Below, one piece after another: positions 45,200 to 54,962 of a DNA stretch of 64,000 bases; the stretch's first letter is position 1; each line of letters starts with the position of its first letter. Source of the DNA: a virus; the IMG/VR virus record IMGVR_UViG_3300028800_000009, positions 1-64,000 of that record; one strand, 5' to 3'. A program made the translations under genes and the position numbers. The notes below the pieces were generated by a model. That model had not been told where the DNA came from and made no database searches. It saw only the letters and a list, made by a program, of their open reading frames with translations.

Positions 45200-45843
45200 G
45201 AACCATTATTAGGCGCGAGCGTCGGTTGCTCCGTATCGTCGTGGCTATCGTTCGGCTGATCATGTGTATGCGTCTTGATGTCGAACGAGATACCGCCCGT
45301 CGGGAAGAAGATACCGTTAATGGTAATGCCGCCGGATGCCATGACTATCGTATTCCCATTTTTGTCGGCGATCGTGATACCGGCCATATTGAATTGGACG
45401 TACTGATTCGGCGCGCTACCGAGGACGGAGAAGAGGTACATCCCGTCGGCCATATCGAAGCGCCGCAACGATCCCGGATTGGCGAGTCCCTTGTTGACCT
45501 TGACCGACGATATATCCCGATCCGCGAACACCGCGACGCCGATATCCCCAATCTGGGGATCCATGATGATCGCGTTAAGACCACCCTGGACTCGGCAGTA
45601 GGTAAGCGCGTGAAGCGTCCCGTGGCCCTGCGAGTTCCCTACGCCGTCGACCATGTTGACGAGCGGCAGGACATCGACAAAGCCAACTGGCGAGACTCCA
45701 CCATCGTTCGTAACGGAAACGACCTTGACGAGCGTCGCCGTAGAGATTAGTCGTAGCGCCTGATCGACGATGAAGCTCGTACCGTTGAAAGGCGACGCCT
45801 CGGAACTAGGCTGCTGCTGACCGGGGAAACCATCCTGGGGCAT
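45196..45843 (-). CDS. Baseplate spike (gpV-like)
   Basis: VDVLPLV, DPQIGDIG, DRDIS, metal-binding THTH at the C-terminus. Confidence 0.85.
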   Translation of the reverse strand: MPQDGFPGQQQPSSEASPFNGTSFIVDQALRLISTATLVKVVSVTNDGGVSPVGFVDVLPLVNMVDGVGNSQGHGTLHALTYCRVQGGLNAIIMDPQIGDIGVAVFADRDISSVKVNKGLANPGSLRRFDMADGMYLFSVLGSAPNQYVQFNMAGITIADKNGNTIVMASGGITINGIFFPTGGISFDIKTHTHDQPNDSHDDTEQPTLAPNNGS

Positions 45844-46722
45844 CTACGGCCTCCCGACGACCGGGCCGAGACCGGGGCGCGTCGCGGAAAAATTAACTTC
45901 CCACTTCCCACCTGGCATCATCGCGTCGAGGTTATAGTCGAGCGAATAGACAATCCACGGACCGGTAGCAGGCTTCAAACTACTCTCGACCTGGACCGTC
46001 TGGCCGAATCCGATCGCCGGGTTGAAGAGGGTCCGGACGAATATTCCCTTCGACGTATACGATGGATAATTGATCTTCCCATCCGCGTCCGACACGACCG
46101 GGATTAAGCCGCCGCGCGAGCCGCCGCGCGGCCAAATCGCCAAAACGCCGTTATCGATCGTCCAATTTATCCCCGCTTCCTTAGCCGCAGCCTGGGCTTG
46201 ATTACGCGGGGAGCCCCAGAAATAGGAGATTGGTAAGACGCCGGTCACGCCGCTATTCTCGAAAGAGAGCCCCATCGTCGTCGCGAGGCTCGACATAATA
46301 TCCGCGACCTTCGTCGACCCCGTCGTGCTAATCGGCTGCGCGACCATCACGGCTTCGATCAGGCCGGTATGAGCCTCAACATGAAAACCTACTTCCGGCT
46401 GCTCCTCGAAACCGCCCCATGCGTTCGTAATCGTCCCTTGGAAGACGACCGCCGGAGACGCGCCTGCATCGTAGGCCATTACAATGACCGTATTACGCCT
46501 AACCTCGGTCCAGACGAGCCCGAGCGTCGAGAGCTGGTTGATTATCGAGGGTGTTAAACCGAAGACCGTCATATCCAGCGTGCCCATCGAAGGGCCGCCA
46601 GCCTTAAGTATCTTCGCCGTAACGCGAAGTCCGGTTACGTTAACCGTATCCTCGCCGGTCTCCCCGAATGTTCCGGTCCCGAGGATAAAGCGAAGATCAA
46701 TCAGGCGCTCGACAAAGGTCAC
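45844..46722 (-). CDS. Baseplate hub protein
   Basis: VFQGTI, GLSFENSGV, W.IDNG; gene position. Confidence 0.8.
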   Translation of the reverse strand: MTFVERLIDLRFILGTGTFGETGEDTVNVTGLRVTAKILKAGGPSMGTLDMTVFGLTPSIINQLSTLGLVWTEVRRNTVIVMAYDAGASPAVVFQGTITNAWGGFEEQPEVGFHVEAHTGLIEAVMVAQPISTTGSTKVADIMSSLATTMGLSFENSGVTGVLPISYFWGSPRNQAQAAAKEAGINWTIDNGVLAIWPRGGSRGGLIPVVSDADGKINYPSYTSKGIFVRTLFNPAIGFGQTVQVESSLKPATGPWIVYSLDYNLDAMMPGGKWEVNFSATRPGLGPVVGRP

Positions 46723-47027
46723 GCGGCGAGGTCCGAGGCTTCGATATAAGCGAGGCTATAGCGCGAACCTAAACCCGTGAAGTTCGGATTGCCGCTACCC
46801 TCATTATCGATAAAAGCGAGATCGCCGATGAACCCGAGATAGACCGATCGGACGATCCGATTTAGGTTCTGGCATAATACACCGCCAATGATCAGTACGT
46901 TGTTTACGTAGAGATCGAGGTAGAGCCCTGTGAACTTCTGGTAGACGTTTATCTGACAAACCTGATTCCCAAGAGTTACGGTAATTCCCTGGGATGGTAT
47001 CGCCTGGAGTGGTACAATCAACATCAC
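46719..47027 (-). CDS. Small baseplate protein
   Basis: PLQAIPSQ, GFIGDL.F.D, GLGSRY. Confidence 0.75.
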   Translation of the reverse strand: MMLIVPLQAIPSQGITVTLGNQVCQINVYQKFTGLYLDLYVNNVLIIGGVLCQNLNRIVRSVYLGFIGDLAFIDNEGSGNPNFTGLGSRYSLAYIEASDLAA

Positions 47028-47648
47028 TTAGTTTCCGACGATACTGGATAACGCCGACTGCTGTACCGGGGTCGCCCCGACGGCGACGACTATCCCACCA
47101 TTCTGCTTATCGACCCCCGACGGCGTCTTCGTCTGGGTAAAAGTCGGCGCTACGGCGATCCGTATCTGAACGAGCCAGACCTCGACGACGATGAGCCCAA
47201 CACCGTTACTGCTCGCGCGCCGGAAATCCGCGTGGGTGATATTGACCGGCGAGAAGATCAGCTCGGGCGTTACAACGTCGTAGAGATTAAGGTCGCGGAC
47301 GATCGCGAGGATCGAGGAGAGGAAAGCCTGGCGCTTCGCGTCCGAGCCCCCGCCCGAGAACGAGACCTTCACATCATACGGGACCTCAACCTTATTATAA
47401 GATTGAAATGCCCCCGCTTCTTGGGGATAGGTCGAGACCTCGTAATCCTGGCGAAACGCAAAATCGATCACGTTATCGGCTAAGACGACCGGGAGGCCGT
47501 TAAAGAAGATACCCCACTGAGAATCGGTCGATGGCGGTAGAAGGTCCGGCGTATCGGCGACGGCCAGCGGCGGCGGAAGTATGACCGGAGAACCGAATGG
47601 CCGGAGCAGCGGCGGGACACCAGGTAGGTTCGGTACGTTCGGACCCAC
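47028..47648 (-). CDS. Tail tube initiator / Dit-like baseplate protein
   Basis: YPQEAGAFQSYNKV..PY, LYDVVTPE; follows the tape measure gene. Confidence 0.75.
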   Translation of the reverse strand: MGPNVPNLPGVPPLLRPFGSPVILPPPLAVADTPDLLPPSTDSQWGIFFNGLPVVLADNVIDFAFRQDYEVSTYPQEAGAFQSYNKVEVPYDVKVSFSGGGSDAKRQAFLSSILAIVRDLNLYDVVTPELIFSPVNITHADFRRASSNGVGLIVVEVWLVQIRIAVAPTFTQTKTPSGVDKQNGGIVVAVGATPVQQSALSSIVGN

Positions 47649-47649
47649 T

Positions 47650-49464
47650 TTAGTTCATCCCGTAATTGGCTTGCGTCACAAGACTATTTTGCCGGATCGC
47701 ACCTTTTAAATCCCGCGCTACACCGGCCGCATCGGTCGCCTGGGTCGCGACGTTGAGTGTCCCGATATGGACTTCGCTCGAAGAACTCGACGTCGACCGG
47801 TTATCGTTCGCGACCGAGGACGCCGCGGCGGCAGCCTGGGCCGACGGGGAGCCGATCCCGGCGAACGCGGCGCCTTTCCAACCATGCCAAGGCGACCAAC
47901 CTCCCTTAGCCGCCTTATCGAGCGCGTAATCGATTTGAGCCTGAGTCGTCGACGGGTCACGCGCGTCGAGCCCGGTCGACTTCGTGAATTCGTCGCCGAG
48001 GCCGGAGACGGCCATTCCTCCGGAGGCGACGCCCCCGTAGTGAAGCTGATATGGCCCGAAGCTGGAGCCTCGATCGCCGACGTATTTGCCCAGGCCTTCG
48101 CTTCGCGCGACCTGAACCGCAACGTCCGGATTGATACCGCGCTTTACCGCGGCTTGACGAATATAGGCTTCGGTATCGGCGGCCGAGGGAGCGGCGCCTG
48201 GTGTTACCGAAGGGGATTCCGGCGCGGCCGATGACCCGCCGCCGAATAAACCTTTAACGGCGTTCCAGCGATCTTTGGCCCACGTCAACGCTCCAGTGAA
48301 AGCCGATTTCATCGCCGCGAGAACTCTCGGTCCGGCATTCGTCAGGGCTTCGATAAAGCTCTCGATCTTGTCGTTTATATCCCCGAAGAGCGTCGTCCAC
48401 GCTTTACGGATATCATCGGCCGAGCCCGAGAAAAGTGCCGCGATGAACGTAAAGAAATCTCCGAAGAGAGACTTACCGCCATCGATCCACGTCTTCCAGT
48501 CGTCGTATAGAAGTGCTCCGGCTGCGACGAGCGTACCGATCGCTGCGGCAACGGCGAGAATAGGTGCTAAAGGAGCGAGAAGCGCCACGGCGAACGCGAT
48601 AGCAGCAGCCGCGAGCCCGATGAACGCCGCCTCGATTAGCGGCTTATGCTCACGCGCCCAGACCGCGAATGACGTTAGCGCGTTCAAGACGCGAACGAGG
48701 ACCGGCGTAACCGCTGTCAGGAGCGTGCGCCCGAGCGACGTCGAGGATTGCTGAAGCTCTCCCCACGCTTTCTGGAGCGCCGCGCCGGCCGCCGCGTCTT
48801 CCTTCGTAATGACGCCGAGCCGTTTCTGATCGTCGAGCAACCCCTGAACCGCCGCGCGGCCCTGGATCAAGATATTAATCGTACTAGCGTCGAGCCCGAG
48901 CGCTTGCCCGTAAGCCGCCGCGCGCGCCGGATCGAGCTTCGAGAACGCGTCGGCAAGATCGAGAAGGATCGCGCCGCTATCTCTCATCCTTCCGTTATTA
49001 TCGGCAATCTGAACGCCGAGCGCGCGAAAGTAGGGGAGGACGTTCGATTCGCCCGTAACCGAGAAGAGCTGAAACTGATTGATGAGACCGCCGATCGATC
49101 CCGTGATCCCGGCGACCGAGCCACCCGTCAAGACCGCAAGATTGCGCCATGACGATAGGGCCTCGGACGTCGTATCGAATACCTTGGCGAGCCGTCCGAC
49201 CGCTGCGTCAGTTGTCGCCGTATCTTCGATAAAGTCCTTTAGCCCACGGCCGGCGGTGAAGGCCGCGAAGAGTGCAAGGACTTGAGTTCGAAGCTGGGAG
49301 ATGAACTGCGCGGCGTTTTTGCCGGAACGCTCGATATCGGCACCCGTCTTCCGCGCGGCTTCGCCAGTCTTAATAAAATTCGCGGCGGCTTCCTTCCGAC
49401 CCTTATCGAAATTCGATGGGTCCAAGCCAAGCGTGACGATAAGCGAGTCGATAACTGTCGGCAT
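47650..49464 (-). CDS. Tape measure protein with a C-terminal lytic transglycosylase-like domain
   Basis: MPTVIDSLIVTLGLD start, Ala-rich helices, GINPDVAVQVARSEG...SFGPYQL. Confidence 0.85.
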   Translation of the reverse strand: MPTVIDSLIVTLGLDPSNFDKGRKEAAANFIKTGEAARKTGADIERSGKNAAQFISQLRTQVLALFAAFTAGRGLKDFIEDTATTDAAVGRLAKVFDTTSEALSSWRNLAVLTGGSVAGITGSIGGLINQFQLFSVTGESNVLPYFRALGVQIADNNGRMRDSGAILLDLADAFSKLDPARAAAYGQALGLDASTINILIQGRAAVQGLLDDQKRLGVITKEDAAAGAALQKAWGELQQSSTSLGRTLLTAVTPVLVRVLNALTSFAVWAREHKPLIEAAFIGLAAAAIAFAVALLAPLAPILAVAAAIGTLVAAGALLYDDWKTWIDGGKSLFGDFFTFIAALFSGSADDIRKAWTTLFGDINDKIESFIEALTNAGPRVLAAMKSAFTGALTWAKDRWNAVKGLFGGGSSAAPESPSVTPGAAPSAADTEAYIRQAAVKRGINPDVAVQVARSEGLGKYVGDRGSSFGPYQLHYGGVASGGMAVSGLGDEFTKSTGLDARDPSTTQAQIDYALDKAAKGGWSPWHGWKGAAFAGIGSPSAQAAAAASSVANDNRSTSSSSSEVHIGTLNVATQATDAAGVARDLKGAIRQNSLVTQANYGMN

Positions 49465-49465
49465 T

Positions 49466-49708
49466 TTACGTCGGCGACCTGTTGCGCTTCGCGATCACGT
49501 ATTGATTGTGACTATCCACGCTGATGACCTCGATCATGTCGTAAACGTCCTCGACGCTATAGTGCTCGTCTAGGTCCCTAAGCGTCGCCTTACCGGCCGA
49601 GATAACGACGGCGAGCGCGCGGGGGACGTTTGTGTATTCGGCGAGACCGGAGATTGGTCTTGTCCCGCCGGCGGGGAATTTGACTTCGCGCCGGCGAGAG
49701 AAAAACCC
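49466..49708 (-). other. -1 frameshift extension of the tail assembly chaperone; slippery GGGTTTT at 49708-49702
   Basis: The -1 frame is open to TAA at 49466-49468 and encodes EYTNVPRALAVVISAGKATLRDLDEHYSVEDVYDMIE, ending just before the tape measure ATG. Confidence 0.75.
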
Positions 49709-50109
49709 GTGTGTAACTCGAATATCTTCATCCTCAGAAAGAAGCGCGTCTTAACCTCCTCGATATCGGTCTCGACCATCGGACCGAGGCCGCCGACGCC
49801 GCGCCTAATCGCCGGGTTCGCCGGGTCCGGGACGACCGAGAGACATGAGGAGAACATCTCGTCCATCAACTCATAGACCGACTTATCATCGATCCCGGAG
49901 AGTGCCTTAAACCCCAAACGCGCAATGCCCTGCATGCCGAGGGACGCGACATCCTCGGGAACGTCGACGCCCGACCGCATCAGGGCTAAAAAGGCTTTCG
50001 TCGCCCAGCGTTCGGCCTGGGACGCCGGCATTTCGGTTATGAAGAAGACTTTGTCGGCGTCGCGGCCTCCATCCTCTCCGATCTTTACTGGCTCTGTCTT
50101 TCGCCCCAT
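49570..50109 (-). CDS. Tail assembly chaperone
   Basis: GRDADKVFFITEMPASQAERWA, DIEEV.T; lies between tube and tape measure. Confidence 0.8.
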   Translation of the reverse strand: MGRKTEPVKIGEDGGRDADKVFFITEMPASQAERWATKAFLALMRSGVDVPEDVASLGMQGIARLGFKALSGIDDKSVYELMDEMFSSCLSVVPDPANPAIRRGVGGLGPMVETDIEEVKTRFFLRMKIFELHTGFSLAGAKSNSPPAGQDQSPVSPNTQTSPARSPSLSRPVRRRLGT

Positions 50110-50134
50110 AGGTTCCTCCCTTTGGGATTAAGCG

Positions 50135-50563
50135 TTACGCGAGCGCTGGAATAACCCTTTCCCACGTGATCGAAAACTTCTGGGGCTCCAAAAGCTTCTT
50201 CGCCTCCGGCAGCGGCTGGTAGTCCGTGAGAAACCCCTTCCGCAGAGTCCACTTCTTACCGAGCGTCGGTAAGAGGATGAGGCCCGAGGCCGTAAAGACG
50301 TCCTGGGCTACTTGTTGGGAAGCCCACCACGTGTCGAAGATATTGATCGAGTCCGAATCGGCCTGGAGCGTATAACCCTGAACGACTTCGACGTAGACGA
50401 ATCCGCCCGAGAGGAAACCGTCGACACCCATCCGGACCTCAGCCGACTTAAGGGACTGGGTACTATAGACCTCGTCGGCTGCGAACTGCTGAAGTTGCTG
50501 GGGGACGTCGAAGAGCCCGGGGACCGAGATCAAGATCGTCGCGTTGGCTGCTGTAAGGGACAT
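50135..50563 (-). CDS. Tail tube protein
   Basis: LQQFAAD, MGVDG.LSGG, TLQADS.S. Confidence 0.8.
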   Translation of the reverse strand: MSLTAANATILISVPGLFDVPQQLQQFAADEVYSTQSLKSAEVRMGVDGFLSGGFVYVEVVQGYTLQADSDSINIFDTWWASQQVAQDVFTASGLILLPTLGKKWTLRKGFLTDYQPLPEAKKLLEPQKFSITWERVIPALA

Positions 50564-50574
50564 ATCCGGCGCTC

Positions 50575-52314
50575 CTACTGCAACTCGACACTATCGAGGT
50601 TTATCTTCTGAACGCTCTGGCCATCCGCATAGAAGAACGTCAGCGGGGGCGAATCCCGCGCCTCCCTGGTTATCGGGTCCGCGTCCTGAAGGAGGAAGTA
50701 GTAGCCGACCTGCTGGATCGTCGAAGCGATATTCTTCCCGGCGTCGCCGTTCACCTCCGCGATTTGGGCCGCGGAGAGCGTCACACCCGCGCGAACTGCG
50801 CCAAAATTTAAGCCGGCATTAATCGGGTCCGCCGCTGCTGCTTCGATAAGGCCATCTCCATAAACGTTATACGGAATCGACGGTGCGTTCCCGAGCAGTG
50901 TCATGAACGCGAGCTGGAAGTTGTTGTTCAGCCAAATTTCATTGATGTAGCTATCCATCCACTGGAACGGCCCGGAAACTTGCCCAGGATAGTTCTGAAC
51001 GAAGTTCTGGTTCGCCGTCGCATATGAGCCGTAGAAATTGTATCCGTTCGCGATAAGGTTAGCCGCAATCGATCCGTTCGTAACGGCCGGGGTCAAACCG
51101 GACTGAGTCCGAAAGGCCCAGGTAAACCGTCCGTTTCGGCGCGTGAAGTCGATCGAGGCGCCGACGCCGGCCGCGAACGCGGCGTGAAGAAGATCGGTCG
51201 GTTCCCACTGGAGATACGTACCGGAGATAGAAGATTGAGCAATGAGGTAGCCGAGCGAGCCTGTCGCGGGGACTGTATTCGTCGGGCTCGCGTCGGTATC
51301 CCACGCGATATAGGCGTAGCGATTATTTTGCGTCCCGTTCCACTGGGCGAAGAGGAGTTTTTGCGTATTCCCCGATCCGTTATCCGGATCGAACGTAGTC
51401 GTAAACATCGCCCAGTCTTGTGTGACCTCCGTCAAGAGCGTCATAAATACGGCCGGCGTCGCCGCCGCCGCGCCCTGGGAGACGACCGCGCCGGTCGCGG
51501 AGGTAAGAAGGATCGAAGCTGCGAGCGTACCCGTCGCGAAGGCCGCAGTCGAAGGGATGCCGGTAATACCGGAGGTGCAAACAAACGCGCCCGAGACGCT
51601 ATCGAATGTAAAGACAGGGGCGGTCGCGGAGGCCGTCAATACCTCTCCGGAGACGACGGTCGAGGACTGTGATAGCGAGTACGTCCCGGCCGCGCCGGTC
51701 GAGCCCGTAAGCTGGGCCAAAATAATCGAATTAGCTGTAACGCTCGACCCGGTAACAGTCTGTCCGGGCGCGAAGACCCCGGTAATCGAACCGGCGACCG
51801 TCATTACGGTTCCAGCGATCGTACCGAGCGAGCACGTCGCCTCGGTCGGTTCGCTGCCCGTCAATGCCGAGTTGATGATCGTCGCGGCCGATGAAAAGCT
51901 CGTCGCGGCCGATAGGCTAACAGTCCCAGCGTTATGGGTGTAACCGTCCATCACGATCGAGAGTGTACCGCTAAGCGCCTGGAGCTGAAGGAGCGTAAGC
52001 CCGGTAATATTCCCGCCGCGCAGATACGCGGCGACCGCCGTCGTATTGTACTGGGCGAAGAGCATCGAGCCCGGCTTCTTCGGCGAGTTATCGAACCCGG
52101 CAAAATATTTCGACGCATAGTTGAATTCGTTCGACGAGAGCCCGAAGAACGAACCGACGTCGGGTGCGTCGACGAAGCCCGATACGGTCCCGATCGGGAC
52201 GCGCGCAGAGGTCGTCAAAAACAGCCCGATGATATCGAGCTGATCGCCCCCCGCCGATAAAACGCTCGGGTTGACCTCAACGATCTGTGAAGCGGGTATC
52301 GTCTGTGCTACCAC
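50575..52314 (-). CDS. Tail sheath protein (DUF3383-like)
   Basis: IPASQIV.VNPSVL, YFAGFDNS, NGYNFYG.YATAN, WMDSYIN.IW. Confidence 0.88.
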   Translation of the reverse strand: MVAQTIPASQIVEVNPSVLSAGGDQLDIIGLFLTTSARVPIGTVSGFVDAPDVGSFFGLSSNEFNYASKYFAGFDNSPKKPGSMLFAQYNTTAVAAYLRGGNITGLTLLQLQALSGTLSIVMDGYTHNAGTVSLSAATSFSSAATIINSALTGSEPTEATCSLGTIAGTVMTVAGSITGVFAPGQTVTGSSVTANSIILAQLTGSTGAAGTYSLSQSSTVVSGEVLTASATAPVFTFDSVSGAFVCTSGITGIPSTAAFATGTLAASILLTSATGAVVSQGAAAATPAVFMTLLTEVTQDWAMFTTTFDPDNGSGNTQKLLFAQWNGTQNNRYAYIAWDTDASPTNTVPATGSLGYLIAQSSISGTYLQWEPTDLLHAAFAAGVGASIDFTRRNGRFTWAFRTQSGLTPAVTNGSIAANLIANGYNFYGSYATANQNFVQNYPGQVSGPFQWMDSYINEIWLNNNFQLAFMTLLGNAPSIPYNVYGDGLIEAAAADPINAGLNFGAVRAGVTLSAAQIAEVNGDAGKNIASTIQQVGYYFLLQDADPITREARDSPPLTFFYADGQSVQKINLDSVELQ

Positions 52315-52326
52315 GTCTTAGCTCCT

Positions 52327-53145
52327 CTATCCTATCGGGCTTTCGCCGATGGTAAACTGGCCGATGGCGCTCGGCGACGGGCCGCCGATGGGGGATACGC
52401 CGATAATGAAGTTGCCGATCGCGCTCGCCGATCCCGGCGTCGGCGTATCGGCTAAGACGAGTTGAAGCGTAACCTTCGAGAAGAACTGGAGCGGAATATT
52501 CATAACCGTTTGGTCCGCCTGTATAGCCAACTCGACGATCCACCGCGTTTCGATTTGATCGTTCTCATTCCGAAACGGAATCTGCCGCGGTGTATCCGCG
52601 TAAAGCGGCGTTACAGGTAGATCGAATTCCGCGAAAGCGTCTACGGCGTACCCATCGCGAAACAGCGTCGATATGATCTGGACGTTATCGGCCGACGCAG
52701 GGCCGTGAACGTCGAGTTGGAAGCGAAGCTCGGTCTCCTGCATCACGTTGAGGACTCCAGCAGCGAGTAAGAGAGGGCCGATAGCCTGGGAAACGCTTAC
52801 GCCGTATAGACCGCCCCCTTCATCGGACGCGATAAACGTATTCGGCGCGATCCCGATCCCGAAAACTTGGGTCCCAACCTTGATAACGCCAAAGTTAACT
52901 TCCGATACCGTCATCGTTTGGCCGGCGATCGAGCCGGTGAAGAGGACGTCGATATAATTATCCTTATTCGTCGCGAGACGCGGCCGGCGAATGCACGTAA
53001 ATACGACGAAGTCAGCCCCGGTCGGTTCAGGCACGAGGTTATCCTGGCCCTCGAATATCTCAACGCCAAGCGGGAGGACCCCGGCGAGGAACGACCTTAA
53101 GATCGTCTGGACGTCGGACTGGGATGGCGAGACCGAGAACGGCAC
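52327..53145 (-). CDS. Neck / tail terminator protein with an inserted beta domain
   Basis: GQDNLVPEP, RLATN, QLDVHGP, LFRD, PLYAD. Confidence 0.75.
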   Translation of the reverse strand: MPFSVSPSQSDVQTILRSFLAGVLPLGVEIFEGQDNLVPEPTGADFVVFTCIRRPRLATNKDNYIDVLFTGSIAGQTMTVSEVNFGVIKVGTQVFGIGIAPNTFIASDEGGGLYGVSVSQAIGPLLLAAGVLNVMQETELRFQLDVHGPASADNVQIISTLFRDGYAVDAFAEFDLPVTPLYADTPRQIPFRNENDQIETRWIVELAIQADQTVMNIPLQFFSKVTLQLVLADTPTPGSASAIGNFIIGVSPIGGPSPSAIGQFTIGESPIG

Positions 53146-53149
53146 GGAC

Positions 53150-53488
53150 CTACCGGTAGTAGAGAACGTCCAGGGTCGCGGAACCGGTCACCGGTATAAA
53201 CTGGAGCGCGGAGATCGTCCCGTAGTAGACGAACGGGAGGCCATTCGTCGTAACCGGGAGCGTTACGCCGACCGTAGCCGAAGGAGCAACACCATCGTCG
53301 CGAAACCGTACCGCGTTGCCGCTAACCGTGATATAGGCTGCGCGCGCTCCGGCCGCGGGGACCGTAAGACTCTGGACCGTCGAGAATGACGCGATCTGCT
53401 GATAGCCCGTCGGGACGAGCGCGTACGGGATATCCGCGCGCGCCGGGAGCGCAACGAGGAGGAACGCGAGGAGGACGAGCCTTTTCAT
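53150..53488 (-). CDS. Small signal-peptide-bearing protein among the neck genes
   Basis: MKRLVLLAFLLVALPARA leader; VRFRDDGVAPSATVG motif; SD agggga. Confidence 0.7.
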   Translation of the reverse strand: MKRLVLLAFLLVALPARADIPYALVPTGYQQIASFSTVQSLTVPAAGARAAYITVSGNAVRFRDDGVAPSATVGVTLPVTTNGLPFVYYGTISALQFIPVTGSATLDVLYYR

Positions 53489-53498
53489 AGTATCCCCT

Positions 53499-53879
53499 CT
53501 AAGGGTTCTGGAGCGTGACGGCCGCCTTAGCCCAGTCCGGCCACTGCTCCAGCATGAGCGCGATGAGCCAGGTCCCGGCGTTAGGAGGCGTCGTGATCTC
53601 AAAGAGGTCGCCGCCCTTCAAGAGCGATCGAACGACGCCGTCGGCGCGATCGTAGATGTAGAGCGCGCGCCGCGTGCCATTCAGGTTTAGCCCCTCGACC
53701 TGGACGAGGTCTTTATAGGTAAGGGGTTGGACCTGGAGCCTGACGCTGACCGGCGCGGCGTAGCTCGGCGTCCGCTTCCCAGGGGCGCCGGTCACGTACC
53801 CCGAGCTGGCGAGGTACGTCCCGAGGATATGGGGGTTGACTGAGCCTATCGCGCCGGAAACAAGACTGTGGAGGTTCAA
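53499..53879 (-). CDS. Head closure protein
   Basis: MNLH, QVQPL, KGGDL, LEQWPDW. Confidence 0.75.
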   Translation of the reverse strand: MNLHSLVSGAIGSVNPHILGTYLASSGYVTGAPGKRTPSYAAPVSVRLQVQPLTYKDLVQVEGLNLNGTRRALYIYDRADGVVRSLLKGGDLFEITTPPNAGTWLIALMLEQWPDWAKAAVTLQNP

Positions 53880-54508
53880 CCCCTGATCTCATAGACGTAA
53901 GTGGACGTATCGAGCGCGGTCCCGGCGACCGTAAAGCCCGTGCCGGCCGTGATCGTCTGGATCGCAGGGATCGCCCCGACCGTGCCGCCAACTGTCTTGA
54001 GCGTGATCAAGACGTTTGAGTTCGCCGTAATCCGCGCGTCGGCGACCGTCACAGGCGTCGCCCCGTTGGCGACGAAAGACCCCGACTTCGGGAAGTAGGC
54101 CTGGCCAATCGCCTGCATCGAAAGCGCGCTCGCGCCGGTAACGGTGACGAGATACTCGATCCACGAGTTCGCCGGGACGACGGTCGCGCCCGTAACCGTA
54201 ACGCCGGTACCAGCCGCGAGAGTCGCGGCGAAGACCCCGTTGTTGACGTAGCGATAGACCCACGAATAACCGAGCGCCGGTTTGACGGGCGCGAGCGCGG
54301 CGACGATGTTCGCCGCGGTATCGGTCGTATCCGTGAAGACCGCGGTCTGTGTACCACCGCGGAGCGTCAGCCCTCCGACGATTCCGGCTGCGGAGATCGT
54401 CGCGGCACCCACCGTATTGAGCGCGACGGCGGCGACGGCGTTAAGATTAAGAAAATTGTTGAGGTTTACGTCGCCGAGCTGCGAACTCCACAGGACTGGG
54501 AGCTTCAT
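53876..54508 (-). CDS. Putative virion structural protein
   Basis: Thr/Ala/Gly-rich; TDTTDTAANI and TLAAGTGVT motifs; SD aggaga. Confidence 0.65.
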   Translation of the reverse strand: MKLPVLWSSQLGDVNLNNFLNLNAVAAVALNTVGAATISAAGIVGGLTLRGGTQTAVFTDTTDTAANIVAALAPVKPALGYSWVYRYVNNGVFAATLAAGTGVTVTGATVVPANSWIEYLVTVTGASALSMQAIGQAYFPKSGSFVANGATPVTVADARITANSNVLITLKTVGGTVGAIPAIQTITAGTGFTVAGTALDTSTYVYEIRG

Positions 54509-54518
54509 TTATTTTCTC

Positions 54519-54962
54519 CTATCTGACGCGGTGATCCGCGCTGTTAATCATGTGGGACGAATCGATCAGCGGCTTATCGAAACCCTTCGCCTTGATCGTG
54601 GATTCTGCAAGCGGCGGATCACGGAGGTCCGCTATCGACTGTTTGAGCTGCCCGACGATCCCTTCACCGACGAGATCGAGTGCCTTCGCAGCGTCGTAAT
54701 TATTCGCAACAAGGTTCAGAGCGATTGCCTTCGGCCAACTCGGACTATTCTCCGCGATCATGTTGCGGAAGTACGGCCGGGGCGGCTGGCCGTGCGAAGG
54801 AACTCCGAATTCGTTGAAAGCCGCTACCTCCGGGACGCTCGTCCCATCCGGGTACGTCGCGCCTTCGAGGAAACCGACGTCGACGGCGGCAGCACGGTGA
54901 ACCTTCTTCGAGATTTCAGCGAGCGCGGCGTCGAGTCGGTTGCCGCCTTTGAGCTGTGCCAA
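54519..54962 (-). CDS. Neck / tail-completion protein
   Basis: VGFLEGATYPDG, NEFG, PPRPYFR, KGFDKPLIDS. Confidence 0.8.
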   Translation of the reverse strand: MAQLKGGNRLDAALAEISKKVHRAAAVDVGFLEGATYPDGTSVPEVAAFNEFGVPSHGQPPRPYFRNMIAENSPSWPKAIALNLVANNYDAAKALDLVGEGIVGQLKQSIADLRDPPLAESTIKAKGFDKPLIDSSHMINSADHRVR

